A stretch of 64,000 nt of DNA from Thermoanaerobaculia bacterium (GTDB lineage: Bacteria > Acidobacteriota > Thermoanaerobaculia > UBA5066 > Gp7-AA6): positions 13,356-77,355 of the forward strand of contig DATJPZ010000049.1 in NCBI GenBank assembly GCA_035506175.1, in the 5' to 3' direction. The position numbers and the translations under genes are program-made. A model generated the notes under the pieces. It saw nothing but the letters and a program-made list of their open reading frames with translations. It ran no database searches and was not told the origin of the DNA. Numbering within the stretch: the stretch's first letter is position 1; every line of letters starts with the position of its first letter. Positions 27,342 through 36,359 of the stretch are shown here, piece by piece.

Positions 27342-28673
27342 TTATATAACCTGCTTTTTCTTCAATCGGATGGACGCCGCGAGGGCCGCGGCCGCCGCCC
27401 CGGCCAGCTCCCGCAGGTAGGTCAGGTCGGCCGGGCTTGCGCCCTGGGCCCCGGCGCATTCGGCATACAAAAAGGCTACGGTTTTTTCGCGCATGCGCAC
27501 GGGTTGGACGACGCATTCGGCCGGCCATCCGCCGAGCGCAGCGGCCAGAGCGTCGTGGCGTGGCAAAGGCGGCAGGGGCCCCAGGTAAAAGGCCTGTCCC
27601 ATCTTGATGTTGAGGAAGACGGAGGGTTCCGACCAGGGGATTTCGAGTTCCCGAATCGCCCGGATGTCGACGCGTTCTCCGGCCCCGCTCCAGCCCGCGA
27701 CCGAGTCGGGCCGGGAGGCAAAGACGGCGCTGCGGGCAAAACGCCGCCGGAGCGCCCGCAGGGCTGCGTCGAAGACGCCGTCGCGATCCCGCGCGGCCAG
27801 CATTTCGCCGAAGTCTGTCGGGGTGGGCATTCCGGAGGGGGGCGCCGACGCCTCGCGGGCCGGGGCGCTGCTGCGGCGCCACTGACCCGGCGCGCTCGGG
27901 GCGGGAACGGGACGCGGCGGCTCCGGCGAGGCCGGCACGGGTGAGGCGTGGGGCTCCGCCCCGGGCATCTCCTCCCACGGAATCGACTCCAGGTGCTCGT
28001 CCGTCGCCCCTTCGGCCGGCGGCGGCGGGAGCCCGCCCCAACCGACCGGAGGCAGGTCGGGCACGACCCAGGCCGGGGCGGATGGGCTCTCGCCCGTCTC
28101 GCGGGAAGCGGCGGGGGGAGGTTCTCCCGGCATCGGCGGCCCGACCGGGGCCGAGAAGTCGGGGGGTGGCGGCAAGGGCTTCCGCACGACCGCCGGGGCC
28201 ACCGGCCGGGACAACTTTTCAGCGAGGATCGCGAAACGAGGACTGCGCCGCTCTCCGTAACACTTTTCGAGGGCCTGGTAGATGCGCACCTCCGGGGCGA
28301 CCGCGGGAACGATCTTCTTGCCGGTGACGAAGAAGAGCTCGTCGAGGATTCGAAGGTTCGAGGGGTCGCGCAACGCGACCCGGACGAACCCCTCGCCGAC
28401 CTCGACCGGGACCGCGGAGTGGCGGATGGCGAACTTCGCCGGGAGCGACGCGACGACCGAGCTCGGGACGCCGCCGAGAATTTTCCAGGGGATGTAGTCG
28501 CAGCCGTGCTGTTCCGCCAGCGCTCTGCCGACGTCGTCTTCGGACACGGAGCCGCGCTCGAGCAGAAGCGTCCCCACGCGTCCGCCCGTGAAACCCTGAA
28601 CGGCGAGGGCGCGGTGCACGTTCTCTTCGCTGACGGCACCGGCCCGGACCAGAAGCACTCCGAGTCGCGGCAT
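27342..28673 (-). CDS. MshEN/T2SSE_N domain protein, paralog 2
   Basis: Start set at internal ATG 28673 (MPRLGVLLVRAG aligns with paralog 1 MPRIGELLVADG); the longer track ORF to 28841 adds a non-homologous basic leader; C-terminal domain homologous to paralog 1. Confidence 0.6.
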   Translation of the reverse strand: MPRLGVLLVRAGAVSEENVHRALAVQGFTGGRVGTLLLERGSVSEDDVGRALAEQHGCDYIPWKILGGVPSSVVASLPAKFAIRHSAVPVEVGEGFVRVALRDPSNLRILDELFFVTGKKIVPAVAPEVRIYQALEKCYGERRSPRFAILAEKLSRPVAPAVVRKPLPPPPDFSAPVGPPMPGEPPPAASRETGESPSAPAWVVPDLPPVGWGGLPPPPAEGATDEHLESIPWEEMPGAEPHASPVPASPEPPRPVPAPSAPGQWRRSSAPAREASAPPSGMPTPTDFGEMLAARDRDGVFDAALRALRRRFARSAVFASRPDSVAGWSGAGERVDIRAIRELEIPWSEPSVFLNIKMGQAFYLGPLPPLPRHDALAAALGGWPAECVVQPVRMREKTVAFLYAECAGAQGASPADLTYLRELAGAAAAALAASIRLKKKQVI

Positions 28674-28816
28674 GAACGTTTCGATTATCGCGTACCCGGC
28701 GCGGAAACGAGCCGCCGATCGGCGGGAGTGCTTCGCTTTCAACGGCTTCGCCGCGACGCTTACCGGCGCGACACGTGCGGCGGCCCGCGACCCGCGAACG
28801 AACGTGCTAAATTGCC

Positions 28817-30730
28817 GTGGTGACGCTGATCTGCGCGGCACTGCTCGCCGTCCTGCCGCTCGCCGGCCCCTCGGGAACCTCCACGAGCGACCCGATCATG
28901 GAGAGCCGGAAGGCTTTTCTGGCGGCACGCCTCGCCGTCGTCGACGGCCGCTATCAGGAGGCTCTGGCGCTCTATCGGAAGGTCCTGACCGTCCTTCCGA
29001 ACGATCCGATCGTGCACCTCGAGTACGCCCAGCTCCTGCGGGACCTGAATGTCGCCGAGGAGGCGACGCGCCAGGCCCGGGACGCGGTGCGGCTGGACCC
29101 CAACCTGGCCGAGGCGCGGCGGCTGCTCGGGACCCTCGAACTCGCCGCGGCGGACAAAGACCCGTCGCGACTACCCGCGGCCATCGACGAGCTCGCCGCG
29201 GCCCATCGACTGGCGCCGAACGACACGGGCACGTCCGTCGCCCTGGCGCGGGCCCTGCTCGCCGGCGACCGCGCGGCCGAAGCCGCGGCGATCCTCGACG
29301 AGCTGCCGGAGCTTTCCGGGCAGCCGGCGATCGAACGCCTCACCGCGGAGGCCAAGGCCAAGAGCGGTCAGTATCGCGAGGCCGAGGAGATCTACCGCGC
29401 GCTCTGGGAGGCCGACCCGGGAGACCGCGAGATCGCGGCGGCCCTGATCGACCTGTACGAGGACGAGGACAAGCTCGACGACGCGCTCGCCGTGCTCGAA
29501 ACGCTGGCGACGCGCGACCCGGAAAATCCCGCCGTGGCCGAGCGGATCGTTCTCGACCTGGCGCGCGCGGGACGCTTCCCGGAGTCCGAGCAGAAGGCGC
29601 GGCAGCTCGTCGCGAAGCGCCCGGAGAACCGGGCCGGGCAACGCCTCCTGGCGACGGTTCTCTTCGAGCGGGACAACCCCGCCGAAGGCGAGAAGATCCT
29701 CCGCGCGCTCCTGGAAGCGGATCCGGACGACCCGACGACGCGCCGGGCGCTCGCCGCGGAGCTCGTCCGCGAGCGGCGGTTCGACGAGGCTCGAGCGATG
29801 TACGAGGACCTGATCAAGCGGACCGGCGCCGACGGCGCGAAGGGGGCCGAAGTGGCCCAGTCCGCCAGCGTCGAGCTCGGCTTCATCGCCTACCTCCAGC
29901 GCGACTACGCCGGGGCGCGGCGCATCCTGACGCCGCTCGCGCTGTCGAACGGTCAGGTCCACGACCGGGCCGCCCGCATCCTGCTCGCCGCCGATCGCGA
30001 CGGGGAGGATTTCGCGGCGGGCATGGACAGCGCGAAGGCTTTCGCCGCGGCCAGGCCGTCGGATCCGGAGTGGGAGGCAGAAACGGCGGAGTTCCGTTTC
30101 CGGCTCGGCGAGACGGCCGCCGCGGCGGCCGCGCTCGACGCCCTCGGCGCGTCCGGCCAGCTCGAGAAGATGACGGCGGCCGCCGACGCGTACGCGCGGC
30201 TGAAGAAGTACGACGCCGCCGTCCGGATCTCGCGCGAGGCGGCGGCGAAGTTCCCCGAGTCGACCGACGCTCTGTTTCGCCTGGGGTCGAGCCTCGAGCG
30301 GGCGGGCGACGGCGCGCAGGCCGAGAAGGTTTTTCTGCAGCTGCTCGAGCTTCGCCCGAACGACGCCGCGACGCTGAACTACCTCGGCTACATGTGGGCG
30401 GACCAGGGCGTGCAGCTCGAACGGGCGCGGGAGATGCTCGAAAAAGCCGTCGCGCGCGAGCCGCGCAACGCCGCCTATCTGGACTCGCTCGGCTGGGCCT
30501 ACTTCCGGCTCGGCCAGATCCAGAGCGCGGAGAAAAACCTCCGCGAGGCGTACCGGCGCGAGCCCGCGGATCCGACGATCGAGGAGCACATCGGCGACCT
30601 CGAGGCGCGGCAGGGCAACGTCGAAGGCGCGATCCGTCACTGGGAGAAGGCTCTCGAGCTCAAGCACGAGGAGCCCGATCGCGTGCGCCAGAAGCTTCAG
30701 CACGCGCGGGCGCCCGTATCCCAGCGTTGA
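28817..30730 (+). CDS. TPR-repeat protein with N-terminal signal peptide
   Basis: 637 aa; multiple TPR units (AYLDSLGWAYFRLGQ etc.); signal VVTLICAALLAVLPLAG. Confidence 0.75.
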   Translation: MVTLICAALLAVLPLAGPSGTSTSDPIMESRKAFLAARLAVVDGRYQEALALYRKVLTVLPNDPIVHLEYAQLLRDLNVAEEATRQARDAVRLDPNLAEARRLLGTLELAAADKDPSRLPAAIDELAAAHRLAPNDTGTSVALARALLAGDRAAEAAAILDELPELSGQPAIERLTAEAKAKSGQYREAEEIYRALWEADPGDREIAAALIDLYEDEDKLDDALAVLETLATRDPENPAVAERIVLDLARAGRFPESEQKARQLVAKRPENRAGQRLLATVLFERDNPAEGEKILRALLEADPDDPTTRRALAAELVRERRFDEARAMYEDLIKRTGADGAKGAEVAQSASVELGFIAYLQRDYAGARRILTPLALSNGQVHDRAARILLAADRDGEDFAAGMDSAKAFAAARPSDPEWEAETAEFRFRLGETAAAAAALDALGASGQLEKMTAAADAYARLKKYDAAVRISREAAAKFPESTDALFRLGSSLERAGDGAQAEKVFLQLLELRPNDAATLNYLGYMWADQGVQLERAREMLEKAVAREPRNAAYLDSLGWAYFRLGQIQSAEKNLREAYRREPADPTIEEHIGDLEARQGNVEGAIRHWEKALELKHEEPDRVRQKLQHARAPVSQR

Positions 30731-31401
30731 CGGCCAGACCTCTCCGTCGCGCCGCCGCCCTTTCCTCCCTGATCGCCCTCGCCGCGTGCGCGACGAACCG
30801 TCCGTCGCGTCGTTTCGAGCCCGGGAACGCGGAGCAGGCGCACGACGCGCTCGCGGCGTGGGACGCCTCGCTCGCGCGGGCGACGTCGCTGCCGGCTTCG
30901 CGTCTGCTCTACGACGCGCGCGTCTCCTCGGGCGCGACCCCGGCGGTGCCGGGAACGCTCGCCGTGACCTATGACGGCAAAGCCGTGGTCACCGCGTCGC
31001 TCACGGGCCCCTTCGGGTCGCGGATCGCCGAGTATCGCGACGGGACGATCACCGGGGAGGATCGGTCGGCGCTGATCGTCGACCCGCAGGCGCTGCGCGC
31101 CGTGCTCACCGGCGCGTGGGACGCGCCGTCGTCGCCGGCCATCGAGGGGTTCGACGCGGGACAGTGTCAATTCGGGCTCGCGGCAGAAGGCGCGCGCGTG
31201 CGCGTCGTCCTCGACCTCGCGACCGCGAACCCGGTCTCGCTCGACGTCACGGGCAAGGGCGGCCACCTCGTCGTGGACTACACGGGCGAAGCGAGCCCGT
31301 GGCCGTCCCGGCTGACGGTGCGGGAGGAGTCGACGAAACGACGGCTCGGCCTGAAGCTCCTCGCCGTCGAGCCCGCGGGGACGGGGGAGACGGCCCGATG
31401 A
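30727..31401 (+). CDS. LolB-like outer-membrane lipoprotein (putative; DUF4292-like)
   Basis: TTGA overlap with the TPR stop; lipoprotein signal LSSLIALAAC; sits immediately upstream of ispE with ATGA overlap (conserved lolB-ispE synteny). Confidence 0.45.
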   Translation: MTARPLRRAAALSSLIALAACATNRPSRRFEPGNAEQAHDALAAWDASLARATSLPASRLLYDARVSSGATPAVPGTLAVTYDGKAVVTASLTGPFGSRIAEYRDGTITGEDRSALIVDPQALRAVLTGAWDAPSSPAIEGFDAGQCQFGLAAEGARVRVVLDLATANPVSLDVTGKGGHLVVDYTGEASPWPSRLTVREESTKRRLGLKLLAVEPAGTGETAR

Positions 31402-32258
31402 GGTGGACGGCCGAGGCGCCGGCCAAGGTGAATCGCGAGCTCCGGGTGGGGCGCCTGCGGTCCGACGGCTTTCACGAGGTGTTCTCGCGCATGGTCTCGA
31501 TCGACCTCGCGGACCGGATCACGGTCGAGCCGTCGGAGACTTTCGAGCTCTCGTGCGACGACCCGGCGGTTCCGTCCGGCCCGGAGAACCTCGTCGCCCG
31601 GGCCGCGCGCCTTCTCGCCGACCGCCTGGGCCTGCCGCCCCGCGGACGCGTCCGGCTCGAGAAGCGCACGCCGGCGGGCGGCGGACTGGGCGGCGGCAGC
31701 GCGGACGCGGCCGTCGCGTTGCGTCTCTTCGCGCGGCTCTGGGGAGTCGAAGCGGCCGCGCGCGGCGTCTTGCCGGAGCTCGCCGGGGCGCTCGGCAGCG
31801 ACGTGCCTTTCTTCCTGACCGGCGGCGAGGCGCAGGTTCGCGGCCGCGGCGAGATCGTCGAGACCGTCCCGGACGGGCCGCCGGCGTCGCTCCTGCTCCT
31901 GGTGCCCCCGTTCTCGGTTTCGACGGCGGCCGTCTACCGCGCCTACGCCGGCCGCGGCACGCTGCCCGAGCGGCTCGACGTCGAGATCCGGGGCACGGAT
32001 CGCTTTCTCGGGCCCAACGACCTGACGCCGGCCGTGCTAGAAGTGGAGCCCAGGATGGAGGCCTACCTCGCATCCGCCGCCCGCGTCAGCGCCGATTGCG
32101 CGATCAGCGGCTCGGGTTCCACCATCGTGCTCCGCGCGGAGCCGGGCGCCCGGGACGCACTGCTCCGGCGCCATCCCGAGGCCCGCGTTTACGCCTGCTC
32201 GACCCTCACCCGCGACGCCCACCAACGACGCATCGATCCCAACGGAGGTCCCCCGTGA
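31398..32258 (+). CDS. ispE: 4-diphosphocytidyl-2-C-methyl-D-erythritol kinase
   Basis: KVNRELRV, GHMP kinase motif PAGGGLGGGSADAA. Confidence 0.9.
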   Translation: MRWTAEAPAKVNRELRVGRLRSDGFHEVFSRMVSIDLADRITVEPSETFELSCDDPAVPSGPENLVARAARLLADRLGLPPRGRVRLEKRTPAGGGLGGGSADAAVALRLFARLWGVEAAARGVLPELAGALGSDVPFFLTGGEAQVRGRGEIVETVPDGPPASLLLLVPPFSVSTAAVYRAYAGRGTLPERLDVEIRGTDRFLGPNDLTPAVLEVEPRMEAYLASAARVSADCAISGSGSTIVLRAEPGARDALLRRHPEARVYACSTLTRDAHQRRIDPNGGPP

Positions 32259-32599
32259 ACATCACCCAGGTCAAGGTTTTTCCGGTCCAGGAGGAGAAGC
32301 TCAAGGCGTACGTCTCCATCGTCATCGACGGCTGTTTTCTCGTGTCGGACCTGAAGATCATCCAGGGCCCCAACGGTCTCTTCATCTCGATGCCGTCCAA
32401 GCGCAAGAAAAACGGGGAGTTCAAGGACGTGGCGCACCCGTTGAATCGCGAGACGCGCGAGCTCCTCGAGAAACACGTCCTCGGCGAATACGAGCGCGTG
32501 AAGGCGACGGCTCCCGCGCTCCCGCCCCCCGCGCCGCCGGAGACCGGATCAGCCGCGCCCTCGGCCGTCTCGCCCGGTCACGAGGAAGCCGGGGAGTAA
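32255..32599 (+). CDS. spoVG: Septation protein SpoVG
   Basis: GTGA overlap with ispE; ITQVKVFPVQEEKLKAYVSIVIDGCFLVSDLKIIQGPNGLFISMPS. Confidence 0.9.
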   Translation: MNITQVKVFPVQEEKLKAYVSIVIDGCFLVSDLKIIQGPNGLFISMPSKRKKNGEFKDVAHPLNRETRELLEKHVLGEYERVKATAPALPPPAPPETGSAAPSAVSPGHEEAGE

Positions 32600-32611
32600 A
32601 ATCGACGCCGA

Positions 32612-32687
32612 TGGGGCGTCGCCAAACTGGTAAGGCACCGGCCTTTGGAGCCGGCATTTCTAGGTTCGAATCCTAGCGCCCCAGCCA
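32612..32687 (+). tRNA. tRNA-Gln (anticodon UUG)
   Basis: Cloverleaf folded by hand: acceptor UGGGGCG/CGCCCCA, anticodon stem CCGGC/GCCGG, loop CUUUGGA, T-arm CTAGG-TTCGAAT-CCTAG, encoded CCA. Confidence 0.85.
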
Positions 32688-32763
32688 CGATCCGGCCCGA
32701 AGTGTGCTACCAATTCCTCCGAAGCTCGTTGCCCTCCAGGAAAGACGGACACAGGAGGTTCTG

Positions 32764-33456
32764 ATGCGTCGACCCGGTTCTCTTCCCACGCTTCTGGCCC
32801 TGGGAGGTTTCCTCGTCCTCTCGACCCTCGCCTTCGGCGGTGTCCAGGCCCCGGTCGCGAATTTCACGTACTCGCCGCACGACGTCAGCCCGAACCAGCT
32901 CGTTCAGTTTACCGACGTGTCGACGGGCTCGCCCACTTCCTGGACCTGGACCTTCGGCGACACGGCATCGGGCGCGGACAATACGTCGACGCTCCAGAAC
33001 CCGACCCACGTCTACACGGCCGTCGGCGACTACACGGTGACCCTGCTCGTGACGGGCGGCAGCACGGCGTCGCAGGTCGTTCACGTCGCCAAGGGCTCGG
33101 GCGCCTGTCAGACCGGGGCGGGGTTCCTCTGCCTCGACAACGGACGGTTCCAGGTCAACGCCAACTGGACGAAGCCGACGGGAGAGAACGGCGCCGGAAC
33201 GGCCGTCAAGCTCACCGATGACTCGGGCTACTTCTGGTTTTTCGACGAGGCCAACATCGAGATGGTCGTCAAGGTCCTCAACGGCTGCTCGCTCAACAAC
33301 GCCTACTGGGTGTTCGCCGCCGGCCTCACCAACGTTCAGGTCAACTGGGAGGTCGTCGACACGCAGACCGGCGCCACCTTCGTGCAGGTCAACCCGCTGG
33401 GGACGCCCTTCGCGCCGATTCAAGCGACGGACGCGTTCAAGACGTCCTGCCCCTGA
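32764..33456 (+). CDS. Secreted PKD-domain protein with conserved Cys-containing C-terminal domain of unknown function
   Basis: AGGAGG SD 6 nt before ATG; signal peptide; PKD motif (FTYSP...WTWTFGD...NPTHVY...GDYTVTLLVT); C-terminal CLDNGRF...GYFWFF...VKVLNGC...YWVFAAGLTNV domain. Confidence 0.65.
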   Translation: MRRPGSLPTLLALGGFLVLSTLAFGGVQAPVANFTYSPHDVSPNQLVQFTDVSTGSPTSWTWTFGDTASGADNTSTLQNPTHVYTAVGDYTVTLLVTGGSTASQVVHVAKGSGACQTGAGFLCLDNGRFQVNANWTKPTGENGAGTAVKLTDDSGYFWFFDEANIEMVVKVLNGCSLNNAYWVFAAGLTNVQVNWEVVDTQTGATFVQVNPLGTPFAPIQATDAFKTSCP

Positions 33457-33481
33457 ACCGGCGGCCCGGCGCGCCGCGAAC

Positions 33482-33510
33482 GGCCCCGAGCCCTCGGGGC
33501 CGTTTTTCTG
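33482..33510 (+). terminator. Rho-independent terminator downstream of the PKD gene
   Basis: GGCCCCGAG-cc-CTCGGGGCC hairpin followed by gTTTTTcTgTT. Confidence 0.7.
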
Positions 33511-33560
33511 TTCGGCGCGAGGTCGACGCGCGGCAGATTCCCGCGTAGAATCCCGCTCGC

Positions 33561-34520
33561 TTGACGTCGCACGCCTTCAACTACGGAGACCTCAAAATCT
33601 TCTCCGGCCGGGCGCACCCGGCCCTCGCGCGGGAGATCTGCGCATACCTGCAGATTCCGCTCGGCGAGCTGACGCTCTACAACTTCTCCGACGGCGAGGA
33701 CTACTGCCAGATCGACGAGAACGTCCGCGGCGCCGACGTCTTCGTCGTGCAGCCGACCTGCTCGCCGGTCAACGACCACGTCATGGAGCTGCTGATCCTC
33801 CTCGACGCCTTCCGGCGCTCGTCGGCGTCGCGGATCACGGCGGTGATGCCCTACTTCGGCTACGCGCGCCAGGACAAGAAGGACAAGCCGCGCGTGCCGA
33901 TCGCGGCCAAGCTCATGGCGGACCTGCTGACGGCGGCGGGCGCGGACCGCATTCTGACGATGGACCTGCACGCCGCCCAGATCCAGGGCTTCTTCAACAT
34001 TCCGGTCGACCATCTCTTCGCCGCGCCGGTCATCCTCGACGCGATCCGCAAGATGGACTTCGAGGACCTCGTGATCGTCTCGCCGGACGTCGGCGGCCTG
34101 ACCCGGGCACGCGCGATCGCCAAGCGGCTGGACGTGGCGCTCGCCGTCATCGACAAACGGCGCACGGGCAAGAACGAGACCGAGATCCTCAACGTCGTCG
34201 GCGAGGTCGAGGGTAAGGACGCGCTGATCCTCGACGACATCATCGACACCGCCGGCACGCTCGTCCAGGCCGAGGAGGCACTGCGCCGGCAGGGGGCGCG
34301 CCGGACCTACGCCGCGGCCGTGCACGGGGTCTTTTCCGGCCCCGCCCTCGAGCGCATCGAGGCCTCGGGGCTCCAGAGCCTCCTGGTCAGCAACACGATC
34401 CCGGTCGAGGCCGCCATGGCCCGCTGCCCGCGGATCCGGGCCCTGTCCGTGGCCCCCCTCCTGGGGGAGGCCATCCAGCGCATCCACGACGGGGCTTCCG
34501 TTTCCTCGCTTTTTGTGTAG
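33561..34520 (+). CDS. prs: Ribose-phosphate pyrophosphokinase
   Basis: TTG start 9 nt after TAGAAT; DLHAAQIQGFF, PRPP-binding loop LILDDIIDTAGT. Confidence 0.9.
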   Translation: MTSHAFNYGDLKIFSGRAHPALAREICAYLQIPLGELTLYNFSDGEDYCQIDENVRGADVFVVQPTCSPVNDHVMELLILLDAFRRSSASRITAVMPYFGYARQDKKDKPRVPIAAKLMADLLTAAGADRILTMDLHAAQIQGFFNIPVDHLFAAPVILDAIRKMDFEDLVIVSPDVGGLTRARAIAKRLDVALAVIDKRRTGKNETEILNVVGEVEGKDALILDDIIDTAGTLVQAEEALRRQGARRTYAAAVHGVFSGPALERIEASGLQSLLVSNTIPVEAAMARCPRIRALSVAPLLGEAIQRIHDGASVSSLFV

Positions 34521-34628
34521 AATCCGCCTCTTTGCGCGGGGGTGCCGCGCGGGTGACGCGGCGAGGGAACGACGCGTCGGAGCCGGGGCCGAGCAGCGAG
34601 GACCGGGCTCCGAGAAGAGGTGCAAGGA

Positions 34629-35330
34629 ATGAAGACCATCGAACTTTCGGTCGAGAAGCGCTCGACCATCGGCAAGAACGAGGCCCGCCGCGAGCGGGCC
34701 GCCGGCCGCATTCCGGCCGTGGTGTACGGCGCCGGCAAGCCCAACGTGCCCATCTCGGTGGACCGCAAGGCCCTGTCGGACGTGTTCCGCGAGGGCGCCG
34801 GGGAAAACGCGATCTTCCTGTTGAAGCTCTCCGGCTCGGACCAGAGCCGGCACGCGATGATCCGGGAGATGCAGCGGGATCCGGTGTCGCGCAGGCCGCT
34901 CCACATCGACTTCGTCCGCGTCCTGATGGACGTCAAGATCACGGTCAAGGTGCCGATCGAGGTCCTCGGCGTCGCGCGCGGCGTCAAGACGGACGGCGGC
35001 ATCCTGGACGTCGTCACCCGCGAGGTCGAGATCGAGTGTCTGCCCGGGAACATCCCGGCGCACCTGGGCGTGGACGTGGCCGACCTCGGGATCGGCGACG
35101 CCATCCGCGTCTCCCAGGTCACGGCCCCGGAGGGCGTGCGCATCGTCGACAACCCGGAGAAGGTCGTCGTCCACGTCGCGCATCCGACGCGCGAAGAGGA
35201 GCCGGTCGCCGCCGCGGAGGGCGCCGCCGAGCCCGCAGAGCCCGAAGTGCTCAAGAAGGGCAAGGCCGTCTCCGAGGAAGAGGGCGCCGAGGAGAAGGGC
35301 GAGAAGAAGGAGAAGGAAAAGGAGAAGTAG
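34629..35330 (+). CDS. rplY: 50S ribosomal protein L25 / general stress protein Ctc
   Basis: MKTIELSVEKR...IPAVVYG L25 N-domain, lysine/glutamate-rich C-tail; start could also be GTG 34620. Confidence 0.85.
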   Translation: MKTIELSVEKRSTIGKNEARRERAAGRIPAVVYGAGKPNVPISVDRKALSDVFREGAGENAIFLLKLSGSDQSRHAMIREMQRDPVSRRPLHIDFVRVLMDVKITVKVPIEVLGVARGVKTDGGILDVVTREVEIECLPGNIPAHLGVDVADLGIGDAIRVSQVTAPEGVRIVDNPEKVVVHVAHPTREEEPVAAAEGAAEPAEPEVLKKGKAVSEEEGAEEKGEKKEKEKEK

Positions 35331-35333
35331 CCT

Positions 35334-35930
35334 CTGCGCGTCATCGTCGGCCTGGGCAACCCCGGGGACGATTACGCGGAGACCCGTCACAACGCCGGGT
35401 TCCGCGTGGTCGAGGCGCTGGCGGCGGAGGAAGGAATCCGGATCCGCTCGCGCGAGTGTTCGTCGAGGGTGGGCCGGGGAAGGGTCGGCGGGGAACCGGT
35501 GCTGCTCGCCCTTCCGCAGACGTACATGAACGCCTCCGGCGAGGCCGTTTCGGCTCTTTGCCAGAAATACAGCGTCGAACCCACGGAGCTCTGCGTCGTC
35601 GTCGACGACATCGATCTCCCGGTCGGGGCGCTGCGCCTGCGGGCGCGCGGCTCGGCGGGAGGGCAGAAGGGCCTGAAGTCGATCATCGCGCATCTCGGGA
35701 CGACGGAGTTTCCGAGGCTGCGCGTCGGGATCCGCGGCGAGCGCTACTCGCGCGACCGCGACCTGGCCGACTACGTGCTGGAGCCGGTGGCGAAGGCCGA
35801 ACGCGAAGCCTTCGCCGACAGTGTCGGGAGAGCCGCCGAGGCGGTGCGGCTGTGGGTCACGCAAGGAATCGACGCCGCGATGCGGCGAGCGAACGTTTCC
35901 CCCTCTCCGGGCGATCACGACCCGGATTGA
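35334..35930 (+). CDS. pth: Peptidyl-tRNA hydrolase, probable CTG start
   Basis: VIVGLGNPG...ETRHNAGF catalytic N-terminus lies upstream of the first canonical start (GTG 35406); CTG 35334 is 3 nt after the rplY TAG with an AAGGAG SD 9 nt upstream. Confidence 0.8.
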   Translation: MRVIVGLGNPGDDYAETRHNAGFRVVEALAAEEGIRIRSRECSSRVGRGRVGGEPVLLALPQTYMNASGEAVSALCQKYSVEPTELCVVVDDIDLPVGALRLRARGSAGGQKGLKSIIAHLGTTEFPRLRVGIRGERYSRDRDLADYVLEPVAKAEREAFADSVGRAAEAVRLWVTQGIDAAMRRANVSPSPGDHDPD

Positions 35931-35948
35931 CATCCACGAGGAGGAGTC

Positions 35949-36359
35949 ATGAGGCTTTATGACATCGTCGTCCTGGTCACGCCCGACCTGAACGACGAGG
36001 ACGCGGCGAAAGTCGCGGCCGAATACAAGAAAGTGCTGACGGACGGCGGGGCGACCGTCGTGAAGGAAGAGCCGTGGGGCAAGCGCCGGCTCGCCTTCCC
36101 AATCCACCGCAAGCGCGACGCCCACTATTTCTACTGGCAGGTCGACGCCGCCCCGGCGGCGGTTGCCGAGGCCGAGCGCCGGATGGGGCTCTCGGACCAG
36201 GTGCTCCGCCACCTCGCCGTGCGGGTGGACGAGGAGCTGAAGCGGAGCGCCAAGATGGCCGAGCGCCTGCGCAAGAAGGCCGCCAAGCGGCCCCCGCGTC
36301 CGGCGCCGGCGACGCCGCCGGCCGAAAGCGGGTCTGCGGCCGAGAGGAGCGAATCATGA
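35949..36359 (+). CDS. rpsF: 30S ribosomal protein S6
   Basis: [14 protein letters not shown]...[10 protein letters not shown]. Confidence 0.92.
   Translation: MRLYDIVVLVTPDLNDEDAAKVAAEYKKVLTDGGATVVKEEPWGKRRLAFPIHRKRDAHYFYWQVDAAPAAVAEAERRMGLSDQVLRHLAVRVDEELKRSAKMAERLRKKAAKRPPRPAPATPPAESGSAAERSES

Noticed and set aside
24939-27944. 1001-aa + strand ORF opposite the S2P / MshEN / IHF genes
   Set aside because: Antisense artefact. The minus-strand genes have recognisable domains and operon spacing.
27342-28841. Longer 499-aa version of MshEN paralog 2 starting at 28841
   Set aside because: The extra 56 N-terminal residues are basic and non-homologous. The internal ATG at 28673 aligns with the paralog-1 start (MPRLG / MPRIG).
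28672-31401. 909-aa + ORF spanning the TPR gene
   Set aside because: Out of frame with the TPR protein. Only the last 225 codons (30727..31401, the LolB-like lipoprotein) are kept.
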